Source: Chrysomallon squamiferum (taxonomy: Eukaryota > Animalia > Mollusca). Taken from it: 64,000 nucleotides of DNA. Location: NCBI GenBank assembly GCA_012295275.1, contig CM022678.1, positions 9,424,001 through 9,488,000 on the forward strand, in the 5' to 3' direction. The position numbers were made by a program, and so were the translations under genes. Position 1 is the first letter of the stretch; the number at the start of each line of letters is the position of its first letter. The notes below the pieces were generated by a model. The model saw nothing but the letters and a program-made list of their open reading frames with translations, made no database searches and was not told where the DNA came from. Below are positions 13,482-30,920 of this stretch, one piece after another.

Positions 13482-14103
13482 GATGAAGTCGACGAAGAAG
13501 AAGATGAACATAAATAAATAAATAAATAAATATTGCTAGTAATTTTGTCAGATGAAAAATCAGAGGCTGGCTAAGTTTAGTTAACAATGAACAGCTCTTT
13601 TTCGCTTACTTGCAGAAAATGTAGTGTTTCACTACACATCCTCCGACCCCGTACATTCGTATCCAACAGAAATGAAATTGTGGAAACAGACTGACATTTG
13701 AAATGGTTTGACACCTGCAAATCATTCTAATATCGTTTTGTACGCGAACACTCGTTATCGCCGTATAAAGCACGAAGTGTAATAACGTTAAAAGTGGGTC
13801 AAGAGTTCACTCGCTGAAAACCACGTTTGTTTCACGAGCTTGGCGGGCGTCTTTTGTCCCAGTTTCAACAACCGATTTTATTTAAATATGTCGGCAAGAA
13901 TTTCCGTACAGTATGAGTGAAGAAGTATTAAGCTTTCAGAAAAAAAAAAAAAAAAAAAGAAGAAGGAGGGAAAAGAAAACCAAATGGTGACGTAGAAATA
14001 ACGAGTGTTATAAATTGTAATAAAATATAAAAATAATAAAAATTGTGTTAGAAAATATTTTGTCCTGATTGGGGTTAGTGTGTTCTTGACGTCTGCAATA
14101 GTA
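11803..14103. repeat. Recent tandem duplication, 2 x ~1.15 kb (11803-12949; 12948-14103)
   Basis: The two copies are nearly identical outside microsatellite tracts. The junction gcaatag-TA-tgcattattt has 2-bp microhomology. Confidence 0.95.
12440..12840. promoter_or_regulatory. CpG-rich putative bidirectional promoter/first exons (second copy ~13595-13995)
   Basis: CpG density is far above the flanks. There is a minus-strand donor (gcttac, ~12452) and a plus-strand donor (atg|gtgagt, ~12833), in divergent orientation. Confidence 0.45.
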
Positions 14104-14649
14104 AAAAGAATTTACAAAATGACAAAAAACAAAACGATAACAACTCCATGTTCAACTGAATGAAAACGATTGACATAGATAACAGATAACATAGATAAAC
14201 AAATATGAAGATAAATCAATTAACAAAATAATAAACAAACAAACAAACAGATATGTATTGAAGATAAATCAATTAACAAAATAACAAACAAACAAACAAA
14301 CAAATATGTAGGCAAGAAACAATCAGTTAACAAAATAATAAACAAACAAGCAAACAAACAAATAAATATGTAGGCAAGAAAAAATCAGTTAACAAAATAA
14401 GAAATAATTAAATATTATAATTGACTCGTATGTAATAAATAAACGTCTCTGTCAGTGAATTTTTATTATTTTTCAGAATTTTCTCCAGCAGTGATAAAAC
14501 TCGTTTATACAGAGTCTACCCAGTAACACAGAAAACACTGAGTCCTCGGAAATGATCTGGAAATGCCAAGATCTATTTTTAGAAAGTGCGAGTTCGTTAT
14601 TTTTTGAGGAAAACGCAAGTTAATGTGAAAATAATTTGTTGTTTTTATG

Positions 14650-17330
<2,681 letters not shown>

Positions 17331-18086
17331 TAAACTTAAAACATCTTCCTTTTCGCTTAAAACATCTTCCTTTTCGCTCGAGTATTTTATTCAATGTGAT
17401 TAATGATATATCTAAGAAAACCCTCATTCCAGCTAGTTTATTATTGAAACTTTAAACAAATATAAATACATAATATAATACTAATACTAATAGTCTCTCT
17501 GACAGAAAATAATAACTTTTACTCACTGAGATTTGTTACAGTTAGATATACACACACACACACACACACGTATGTAAAAAAGTTTCTTTCTTTTCTTAGA
17601 TAAAAACCATCTCTTTATATATTTTATTATTTTTATGTTAGCATTTATACAGACTGAGCGAGATAAGTATAAGTACATAAATTACATTCAGAAATATTAA
17701 TATGTGTACATACTGTCGACTATCAGATCGGTGAATAAATTTGATTAAATTCATATTATAATATGTTAGATCGGGAAATTAGTTTAATACTGACATAAAT
17801 TATGACCAATTGTATGTTTGTGTTGTATTTGTTTAATTGTAATGTATTTTATTTCTTTATTTAACAAGTCGATTTATCTACATCATCTTTCTATGTGGAG
17901 TATGGTCTCCTGAATATATCTGTCATTATAAAACACTCGTAATTTGTTTTATTGTTCACACCAGCAAACAAACAACTTAGTAAGTTTTGCTTCAGTAAAC
18001 AAATAAAATGTTATTTGAAAAAACTTCAAAATAGGTTATGCGGTGAATGGAGACTTGAAAAGCTAAATATATCCAAAAAAAAAATA

Positions 18087-18124
<38 letters not shown>

Positions 18125-18211
18125 ATAGAAAGAGAGAAGCAGAAGAAGAAAAATTCCTTTGTTCATCAGTGAAACAAAATCTTATTTTATCTCCTTACAG
18201 TGGCCATATTC

Positions 18212-18257
<46 letters not shown>

Positions 18258-19548
18258 CTCTGGACGCTGTTAACTGAACAAAAGACGGAGATTAGACTTT
18301 GTCATTTTGACCTTTTCTTTCCTGGGAAAAATATATGTGTGTATAAATTTTCCTCAGGAAAGAAAAGGTAGAAATGACAAATATATATATATATATATCG
18401 ATAGATAGATATAAAACAAAACATAATGTGTTCGTAACTAAAAACAGAAAGTAGCGGCAACATATGTTAAAATAAATTACGTTTATTTTTGTAAATTTAT
18501 TAACTAAGCTATAGATATACACAGAGCAAATCAGCTGCACATAATCATCACATTTCATATAATAATTAATATCGGGAAATCAATTTAATTATAATGACAG
18601 AAAATAATAATTTTCCTCAGTGATATTTCACAAACACACACACACACGTATATGCACGTGTATCTCAGAGAGAGAGAGATTAGATTAGATTAATTACACT
18701 TATAAAAATAATAAAATTTATTAAATTTAATTACAATTATGCTTGTAGTTTGCGTATATTTGTGACAGTGTTTTATTTTTAATCATATCTCTTGTGTCCA
18801 CTGAATGAACCTGACATTGTTAAACATTCAAGAACTCATCTCTTTCACGCATAGAAACAAATAGTATGTTTAGATTAGTCAATTAATGAAATATGTTCTA
18901 TAATATATATATTTAATTAATTAGATTAAAACCATTTATATATATCTTAAATAAAATGAAATAAAGCTATTTAATACAGAGAAGAGATATATATATTTAT
19001 TATTATTTTGTTACTATTGTTTATACGTGACTGAAATCATATATTCACCTTGTATGCTGTTTTTCATTATTATAGTTTATTTATATATCTTACGAAAAGA
19101 CCTGATACCGCCAGTTCACTTTTCAAGCTTAAACACGATACAATTTTGGCGGCTAAATGTATTATCTTTCTCTGTCCCACTTCAAGCTGGCCGCTGTGTC
19201 CATTATTACAACATGTGTGATAGACTCTAACCAGCATTTTATAAATTAATTCAGTACATAAACTATGTTAAGGTAGTTGTTAATGTTAATCCTTTTTATT
19301 TAACTACAACAATTTAAAAATTTCACGATTATTTTTTATCAGAAGAAACAAACGTTTTATAGAAAACTTCAAAGCTTCGACCCCCTTTTTTTTTGTTTTA
19401 CACGATATGGTATCTTCCGCTCAGTAAGTGTCGTCTGACAAAATCGGGCTGCGCTAATGCAAGAGTAAATTGACCTTGCAGTCGAACAAGCGGATACATT
19501 ATTTTCAGCTGCTAAAATTTTCATTTCTCAAGACTAAGTAAGTCAAAT

Positions 19549-19589
<41 letters not shown>

Positions 19590-20048
19590 TCGTGTTCTAA
19601 GATATTTTAAAATATTATTTTCAAAGTCAATTCCACGATTACTGTATCGTGCGTGGTATGTGATTTTCAAGAAAAGTAGGTCGTCACATTACGAGAAACG
19701 ATTTCTTTTCTAGTGGTGTGATAAATTAACTTGCAACATTCATGGATACTCACATATGTTTAGTTTGTTGGTGTTTTTTTCTTTGCTTCATACAATTTAT
19801 TACAGCCGACTTCGTTTATTATATTAGTATTGTCGCCCACAATTTACAACAAACTGTCGTCTTCCTTCTCGAATTAAGAGTGACGTCACAAGGTTAAATT
19901 TAGCAAGTTCGTAATGCACTTTTATTTTACAAATAAGACTAAATAAACAGTTTTTTAATACTGTATTTACATTCGCAGTTTATATATTTATCATTTCATT
20001 TATTTATTTATATATACCATTCGTCGTACCTCCAATCAATTGTTTTCA

Positions 20049-20120
<72 letters not shown>

Positions 20121-20191
20121 GTAATTATTATTACTTAGTTACATTTTTCTTTCTGTATATTTTCACTTAGTCTTCCCAGGTGTTGTTGTTG

Positions 20192-20228
<37 letters not shown>

Positions 20229-20233
20229 CAGAT

Positions 20234-20770
20234 ATGGCAACAGCTTCAAACTCGGATGACAGTATTTCGTGCTCGCTCTGTTTGGACGTTTTCGACAAAC
20301 CCAGAACTCTTTATTGCGGACATTCGTTTTGTTGCAAATGCCTGCAGAATTACATCAGCACAAATTACGACAACAACGACACAGAAATAAGCTGCCCGTT
20401 CTGCAGGCAGAATGTCCACATTCCAGATAGCACGAAACCAGTGGAAACATGGGCAGCTCAGTTCTCTATTAACAGGTCACTGGTGGACGCCATTAACAAA
20501 ATACAACATTCAAAGTTTTGTGAGTCAGCAGTGTTGTGTTTTGATTCGTCATTACAATACTCAGATTTTACAAAAGTACAGTCATTTAACTAAAAATATT
20601 TGTTATTTTATTAACTATCGCAGCATAAAGAAATAGAGGACGTTTTATTTATAACATTTTTCTACTAAGATTTTACATTTAGTTGAAAAAATATATTCTA
20701 TAACTCTTCACATTGTATGTATGTCTTTATCAATAGTAGTAGTACTAATTACTAATTCTATTATTATTAT

Positions 20771-20802
<32 letters not shown>

Positions 20803-21367
20803 TTTATTTATTTATTTACTTATTTCAGCTAAAAAGAGAGGCAACATTTCAATTCTGAGTTCTGTTTCTGAGAGTCTCAAAAACTTTAAGGAAGCTCTTC
20901 AGACAGAGATGGATGATAAGATTGAGCAACTTCGCCAAGCCGTCGACATCAACGTCGCGGACACCACACAAGAGGTCAGAAGGATTGGTAACACACTAAT
21001 AACAGATTTCACAGCCGCAGTCCACAAAGAACAAGACAGGCTAATAAGAGAAATAGAAAAATCTCAGAACTTTGTAAACTCAGAAATAGAAAAGTTGTTT
21101 AGAGAACACAAACATCTGATTGATGAAAATGAAAAGTTTATAAAACTTGGTGAGGGTTTGTTAAAAGAAAAATCAGAGTCAGACATAAAAACAAATCTTC
21201 CAAAATTCACCAAACTTCAAAACACAACTTCCGAGTTTCTGACAAAATCTCTTTCACAAATAGAAAAAGCAGAATTCAAAATAAATCTGAGAAAATCTGA
21301 GAAAAAGAAAGAAATGTCTGTACACATCGGTGAAATAATCACAAACATGAAACAGACACACAGATAG
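20234..21367 (+). CDS. TRIM-like E3 ligase, RING (C3HC4) plus coiled coil. Two exons 20234-20519 and 20829-21367, 274 aa, stop before the propeller.
   Basis: RING CSLC..CGHSFCCKC..CPFC. Acceptor cacag at 20227-20231, donor gtgagt at 20520, acceptor tttcag at 20823-20828, joining in frame to the helical ORF 20909-21367. Probable non-coding first exon with donor gtaagt at 19538. Confidence 0.8.
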
Positions 21368-21559
21368 ACAAACATAGAAATAAACACAAAAACAAACACA
21401 CACACACAGATAGACAAACAGACAGAAACACACAGACACCATTAACACAAAAACACAACACACAGACACACAATAGACAAACAGACAGACACACTCAAAC
21501 ACACAGACACCATTAACACAAAACACACAGAAGATAAAAACAGATCCTTTTTAACACAA

Positions 21560-22336
21560 AAAAACACAAGAAGATAAAACAAATCCTTTTGTGTTTTCCA
21601 TCCTGGTGTCAGGTGAGGACAAGAGTAAAATTGTTGTTAGTGATTGTAAAAATAAATGTGTAAAATGTTTTTGTTTAGAAAGAAAATCACTGATAAACAA
21701 ACACGTGACTTCCACTAGTCCATGCGGTCTTGCTGAGTCACGTGGTCAGCGGGTGATGTTGTTGTTGTCGTTGCTCTGCCAGATGAAAATAAAATATTGT
21801 TTTTAAATTTGGAAAACTTCAAACTGATAAAAACAATTACAACTGGTAAACAGTATGAGTTTATCTCTGTGTTACCTGGCAACCGTCTCGCGGTCACTGG
21901 TGGGTGGTTGTCTAATCAGTGCTTGGACATACTGACAGACAGTGGTCAGCTCATTAATTCTATCTCAACAGATTTGATCCCCAGTCCGAGCAGACTCACA
22001 GTTCAAGATCAATGTCTGATTGTTGTGTCACTGAGAGAAAACAGATTATTTTGTGTGACGTCATCAGGTGACGTCAAATGGAAGTCACGTGATTCAGACA
22101 AACTGAGAAACTTGACAGGTGTTACATGTGACAGGGAGGGAAATATTTTTGTTTGTAGTAGATTTAAATAGAAATTGTGTTGTTCAGCTGTCTCGAGATG
22201 GTAACATTACACGTGACATCCTCACTGACCAGGATGGACTGTCCGAACCTTGGTGTGTCTGTTGTGATGACAACAAACTCTACGTGGTACAGTATAAAAC
22301 AGTGAAATAAAAATATTTACGTGGTGTAAAAAGTAA
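21560..22336 (+). pseudogene. NHL-like beta-propeller C-terminus of the TRIM-like gene, frameshifted
   Basis: Consecutive frames IVVSDCKNKCVKCF..SPCGLA / VVALPDENKILFL...LTGVTCDREGNIFVC / NRNCVVQLSRDG...DGLSEPWCVCCDDNKLYV / IKIFTWCKK*. Frameshifts near 21750, 22160 and 22300. Confidence 0.8.
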
Positions 22337-22626
22337 ACTTCAAACTGTCTGCTAAGTTAGTTTCACTGAACTGTTTTGAAGTTGAAAGTCCACAGACATT
22401 TCTTTCTTGTAAATAAACAGAAAATCAGTTATTTATTTACTGTAAGGTAATTAATTTAGTTAATTTGTTTACTTTCTTTATTTTTATTTTTAAATATGTT
22501 ATTTATTTATTATGAATTACTTTATCGTTTAACCTTGCTAAATTACAAAATAGATTTCACTTTAAAACAGACTCTGATTTACTTTTGAAATTTTCACCAA
22601 GTTTTGTCATTTTAACTTTTCTCTCT

Positions 22627-22698
<72 letters not shown>

Positions 22699-23334
22699 AC
22701 ATCTAAACTATAGTTTATTTCAAATAATGTTGGAATATTTAATTTATACTTGTACAATCAAAACTGTAATAAAATATTTATATGATAATTAAAAAAAATT
22801 GTTCTGTCTTTATTTCATTTAAATTTTAAAACTGTTTTACATTGTTTCGTGATCTCTTTGTCTGTATAGCTACCTATGTATTCACCTAACTGTATGTATG
22901 TATGTATGTATGTATGTATGTATGTATGTATGTATGTATGTCTGTATATAATATAATAATTAATGTGTATAATATCAGTGTAGAACAAAGCAGTTCACTG
23001 TTGAGATTTATTATAAATTTATTATTAACAGCTAATACAGATTATTGTTTTGGAGATCCCTAGCATTTTCAACATGTGAAAAATCTCTGTGACACTTTCC
23101 CCGCGGGTCGGGAGAAATGTTTCAACACGTGCAAAACGTGCGCGCCGTCGGCCCACGTGTGGGAAAAAAGTTTTCAACTTTTACATTTTTATTCTGCTTG
23201 ACATATTTTATAAATTTCTCTCTTAGACATGAAATTAGGTTTAATTTTTATTTATTTATTTTTTTATTTTTTATTTATTTAATTTTTAATCCAAAAAATG
23301 AAATAAACAAAAAAAAGAAAAGAAGAAAAAGAGA

Positions 23335-24999
<1,665 letters not shown>

Positions 25000-25415
25000 A
25001 AAATAAAATGAAATCAGAAAACAACCACACAAACGAAAATTGCTAAGCCAGGAAAAAACAACAACAAAAAACAGAAAACAAAACAGAATCGATGTTTTAA
25101 AAACGTGACTAAATGTGAAACTGGATACCTCACTTGAGGTCTACAGACACGTGTTTTAAATCCGGGTGTTAGCGATCATGTTTCATCTTTATTAGTGTGC
25201 ACGTTCAAGTTAGTTTGAGTAGGGAACAATTCACAATATTCACGTAGCAGGGGCACATGGGCGGAACTGCGATCTGAAGTATTTTTTTATTTACTTTTTT
25301 TTTTTAGTTTATTCTGCGTCTGATTAGTGATATTATTGTTGTTATTGTTGCTGCTGTTGCTGTTGTTGTTGTTACTATTTTCGGATGAGTTTATTTACTT
25401 TACAGCAATAACAAT

Positions 25416-25666
25416 AACAGCACGAATATGAACATTAACTGTAATAATTTTACCTACATACAAAAACACAAATACATACGTACTGACATAAATACCCTCA
25501 TATACAAACACACACATATGTATACACACAGATTATTCTCATTGTGCAGTCTAAACGTAACAAAACAGAATACTGATTCCTGTATAAATACATATACACA
25601 AATATATCTATAGCAACATTAACACACAAATATGTTCATACACAGATAGAAGCTGGCGCGCGCGCA

Positions 25667-25713
<47 letters not shown>

Positions 25714-25812
25714 TGTATTAAACTACTGTTTTAATGTTTGCTTTTCTTCTTGTTGTTGTTGTTATTATTATTATTATTATTGTTATTATTATTATTATTT
25801 TACTACTACTAT

Positions 25813-25870
<58 letters not shown>
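25416..25870. repeat. ~450-bp dispersed repeat, second copy ~32306-32747
   Basis: Both begin aacagcacgaatatgaacattaactgtaataatttt and share the gcgcgc-(CA)n and (CTA)n tracts. Confidence 0.9.
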
Positions 25871-25886
<16 letters not shown>

Positions 25887-25999
25887 GCATTGTTGATATA
25901 GACAGCAATACAGATATCATGTAGGACAAAACAGATAAAAACAAAACAAAATAACAAAAAAAAAAAAAAAAAAAAAAAAACAACAATATATTCCTAGAT

Positions 26000-26650
26000 A
26001 GATACACACAGAGCTGTATACGTAATAGATATGTAGACACAAAATATATACTTCTATAGATACACACACGTGATACGAATACAGAAGAAAACATACAAAA
26101 CATGCAAATACAAAACATTAAAACATATAGATACATGCAAATACAAAGTTTACAAAAGTTTATAGATAGACACACACACGGTGATACGAATACAGAAGAA
26201 AACATACAAAACATGCACAAAGTTTACTTATATAGACACACACGGTGATACGAATACAGAAGAAAACATACAAAACATGCACAAAGTTTACTTCTATAGA
26301 TACACACACAAAACATGCACAAAGTTTACTTCTATAGACACAATACAGAAGAGAAAACAAACAGATAGAACAAACATACAAAACATACAGAAGAAAACAT
26401 ACAAAAATACATGCACAAAGTTTACTTATATAGATACACACACAAAATACGAATACAGAAGAAAACATACAAAACATGCACAAAGTTTACTTATATAGAA
26501 ACAAAATACAGACATACAAAATATATTTACTTCTATAGATACACACACGTGATACGAATACAGAAGAAAACACACAAAACATGCACAAAGTTTACTTATA
26601 TAGATACAAACAGACACAAACATAGACTGAACATATAAAAAAACACACAA
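26000..26650. repeat. Degenerate ~64-bp minisatellite
   Basis: Unit cacacacggtgatacgaatacagaagaaaacatacaaaacatgcacaaagtttacttatataga, repeated with deletions. Confidence 0.85.
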
Positions 26651-27757
26651 ACATACTTAAATAGATAAAAAATAGATAAAACACATTATACACACAACAG
26701 AGAGAAAATGATAAATACACATACAAAATATACTGATATAGATATACACACTATCAAACACATATTATGGAGGAAAACATACAAAGCACGCACAAAAAAC
26801 ATTGCTCACATATATAAAACACACACTGATACATATAAAAATAAATAAAAGTCAAAAAACACGCACGAAGTATACTTATATAAATACACACAAATACACA
26901 CACAGTGATACACAAATAAAGTAAAAGATAAATATAAATACACACACACTGATACACATAAAAAGTCAAAAAGTCAAAAGTATAAAGTATTATTTTGATG
27001 CACACATAATAAACACAATGTAGATAATGTAGATAAAACACGTACAAAATACACTTACATAGACACACACACATAATACTAAATGTTAACACTAAATACC
27101 GCGTCATTCACATTGATGAAATCTTTCGTCAATGAACTTACACAATGTGCTAAGACTGATTTGACGCTAACAAAATATGACTTTGTTTCTTACATCTTTA
27201 ATGCACAGTGAAACACTTTAATACTTTGAGAAAAAGCAACTCTGTCAAAAAAACGTAATACATTTGATATCACCACTTGATTGGTTCTTAAAGGTCCGTG
27301 AGTGTAAGCGAGTATGTTAGTGAGCGCGCGCGTGTGTTTTTGTGTGTGAGCGATGTATAATTTGTATATCCATCATTGTATGTGTTTATGTATGTACACA
27401 CCTCTCTCTGTGTATGCGAGTATGTGTGTGTCTCAATGTATGTATGTATGTATGTATGTATGTATGTATGTATGTATGTGTGTGTATGTATATATATATA
27501 TATATATATGAAGCATTATTAGTAACATAACCACCAATATTGCATCTACTAGCATCTACTACGATAACGATCACCCCAATAACATTATGACTACCACAAC
27601 GACTGTTGTTTCCAATACCCACCATACTAGTTCCACCACAACTACTGCTACTGTAACCACCATTACTATTACAGCCACTAATACTATTACTACAACTACT
27701 ACTACTACTACTACTTGTACCAATATTAGGAATGCTATTTTTGCTGTTTATTACCAA

Positions 27758-27805
<48 letters not shown>

Positions 27806-28106
27806 GACTGCTATGACGACTGCACATAACACTAATAAGAAAAACACAGCTGCAAAATGACAGAGAGGGAAACGTTTTGTTTCTAAAATTATTTACCAGT
27901 GTAACCCATGCTAAACACTCAGAAAATAAAATACGAGTATGTTTTATCCGTTTTATTTTTTTAGCTGATAATTTTACAGTCTGTAATTATTTTTATTTTT
28001 ATTAGTAGTATTAATATTAGTATTAATATTAGTAACAATGTAACATTTCAGTGAAAAAACATTTTTGTATTTTTCAACAGAAAGACTTATTTAATATTTG
28101 ACCTTT

Positions 28107-28145
<39 letters not shown>

Positions 28146-28569
28146 CAACAATAATAATAAATAACAACAAATAATAAAAAAATAATAAAAAATAATAAAA
28201 AAATAATAATAAATAAAATAATAATAACAACGGCAATGGAAATAATAACAGCAATAATAATATAATAATAATAATAAAACAACAAAGCAACAATAATAAT
28301 AATTATAACAATAACAATAATAATGGTAATAACAACAACAACAATTCAAACTTACAGCAATAATAATAATAAATAATAATAATAATAATAACAATAATAA
28401 TAATAATAACAATAATAATTTTTCCATCTGTTCAGTCGCTGACAATGTCTGAAAGTACAAAACTCTTGAAAGAAAGACTGAACTGCTTGGTATCGTGTAA
28501 TGGTTTATGGTAAAAACGGCTTGAAACATTTTTATTACATTATTTTTGTATTAAATATTATTATTGTTA

Positions 28570-29146
<577 letters not shown>

Positions 29147-29599
29147 GAAAAACTACAAAAATACGGTTCTGTAAAATGAGACGATCCAAAGGAAAGACAG
29201 GAGATGAAGAGACAAGCTGGAAGGCAGAGAACGGAAGACACAGACACTGATTTCAGACACACACAGACAGACAGACAGACACACACGCCTACATTCATTC
29301 GTACTATCCGTGTACGCACTAAACACGCATAACGCATACGGAAATGAAGACAATCAAACAAAACAACAACAATCTCGTAATAAATATTTTACTATATATA
29401 TATATATTTATTCATTGATTGATTCATTCATCGATGAAAGAGTGAGTCACGTACGCACACAGACACGTTTCACAAACACAAATGCACACTGAACTGAACT
29501 GAACGTTACTTACACTCAGGCCGTAGACTACATAATAATAAAACACATACAACATATCAATAAATCAACCTGCGGTTTTGAAAAAAGGTTCATGATTAG

Positions 29600-29965
29600 A
29601 TTACAGAAAATGAAACTTTTTTTTTAAGAACACCAGCTTGTTTCAGACTTAAATAATTTACAAAACTTATAAATACTTGGTTTAGATTGACCGAAAAACG
29701 GTTACTTTGATTCTTAAAAAAAGATAACAAAACAAAAAAACATGTAAATATGTAAATATATAGTGAAACTCATTTCCGATTTCATACTTATTACACAATG
29801 GACACATTCTATTTTCCAATGATTTTTTCATCTTCCCGCTTCAATAGGAAGATTATGATTTGGAAGTTTAAACCGCAACAGTGGGTAGCAGTATTTTCTC
29901 TCTGTAAGTTTGAAATATGTCTGGAATGTGAAATTGTGTTTAAATTGTCTATAATGTGAAGCTTT
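29600..29965 (-). mobile_element. CR1-type LINE 3' end fragment
   Basis: YRQFKHNFTFQTYF...LLRFKLPNHNLPIEAGR, followed by a C..C...IGNEFHY-like piece. This is typical of the CR1 ORF2 C-terminus. Confidence 0.75.
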
Positions 29966-30375
29966 GTACCAACACACTGACAGAGAACAACACACTAATG
30001 TCCTGACCTGTCCAGTCACAGTAAGACCAGCCCTGTCTCTTATTTCCTACTGACAACACAACAGCATCAACAGTTCCACCAACTCTTGACCAGAGGTCAT
30101 CCTGGCCAGCAGTGACCTAGATTGCGGCCGACAAGAGCATCTGCCAGATCGGGAAAAAAGTGACATTCAATTGATGTACTGATCTGTTGCTGCAACATCT
30201 GATATCTGACTAAGATTCTGCTCGAACAAGATTAGATGGAAGAAGATTAATCAATAACTCTGTTGCAATGAAGCAAAATCGAAACAGTATAATCAAAAAT
30301 GTGTGTAGACAGGAAAGAATACATATCTGCTGTTGTTATGTATTTCCAGTGAAAGTCTGTACACACACAAATATT

Positions 30376-30640
30376 TTATTGAATACGTATAATTACAAAA
30401 TAATCCAGGCGATCTCTGTTGCCGTATTCTGTGACCAGAGTCTGAAGCCGCTGGGTGGGGTCTCTGTAGACGTGACGCTGTGGGGTGGGGCTTCTCTGGC
30501 AAGTATCTGGTGCAGGGTTACAGTGTTGATGGATTGTTCTGTTTTTCACAACATCCAGAAACAGCCAGGTATTTGGATGACGACTGTAGTTTGTTGACAT
30601 GAACTTTGCTACAACACGCGGCTCTAACAGTTTAGTTTGT
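30376..30640 (-). mobile_element. MULE (Mutator-like) transposase C-terminal remnant
   Basis: Across frameshifts: HPNTWLFLDVVK.EQSINTVTLHQILA...PQRHVYRD..QRLQTLVTEYGNRDRLDY. This matches the HPNIW.F...LK.EQ...YRD...DYL tail of animal MULE transposases. Confidence 0.75.
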
Positions 30641-30814
30641 TGATAAACAAACAAAATAAGAGAAGTTTATTCTTTTTCATTATTCTCAAATTTAAGCGAT
30701 GTTTGGCCGCTTCAAAAACCTTAAGTAGAAGCTAAGGAATTACTTTTTCTTTGGGATTGCATGTATCAGTATTATTTACCACTGAGTAGCTTGTGGTATC
30801 AACACTGTTTAGAA

Positions 30815-30901
30815 GGGTGTCCGGACATTCCCCACGGATATTCCCCCGATCATTCCCCTCATCGTTTCCCCATAGGTCATTTCCCCCGTGAAAATTCCCC
30901 C
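30815..30901 (+). mobile_element. Orphan transposon terminus with TTCCCC subterminal repeats (MULE-like TIR)
   Basis: GGGTGTCCGGACATTCCCC followed by five more ttcccc repeats at ~12-18-bp spacing. No partner TIR was seen in the window. Confidence 0.5.
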
Positions 30902-30920
30902 TGCCTACCTGTTTTAACTG

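Noticed and set aside
20180-20233. Leucine-rich 'signal peptide' ahead of the RING ORF
   Set aside because: Intronic (TTA)n/(TTG)n tract upstream of the cacag acceptor. The real start is ATG 20234.
30820-30901. Cluster of NF-kB-like sites (gggaatgtcc, gggaatatcc, gggaattttc on the minus strand)
   Set aside because: All deviate from the consensus, and the regular spacing after a GGG start fits transposon subterminal repeats better.
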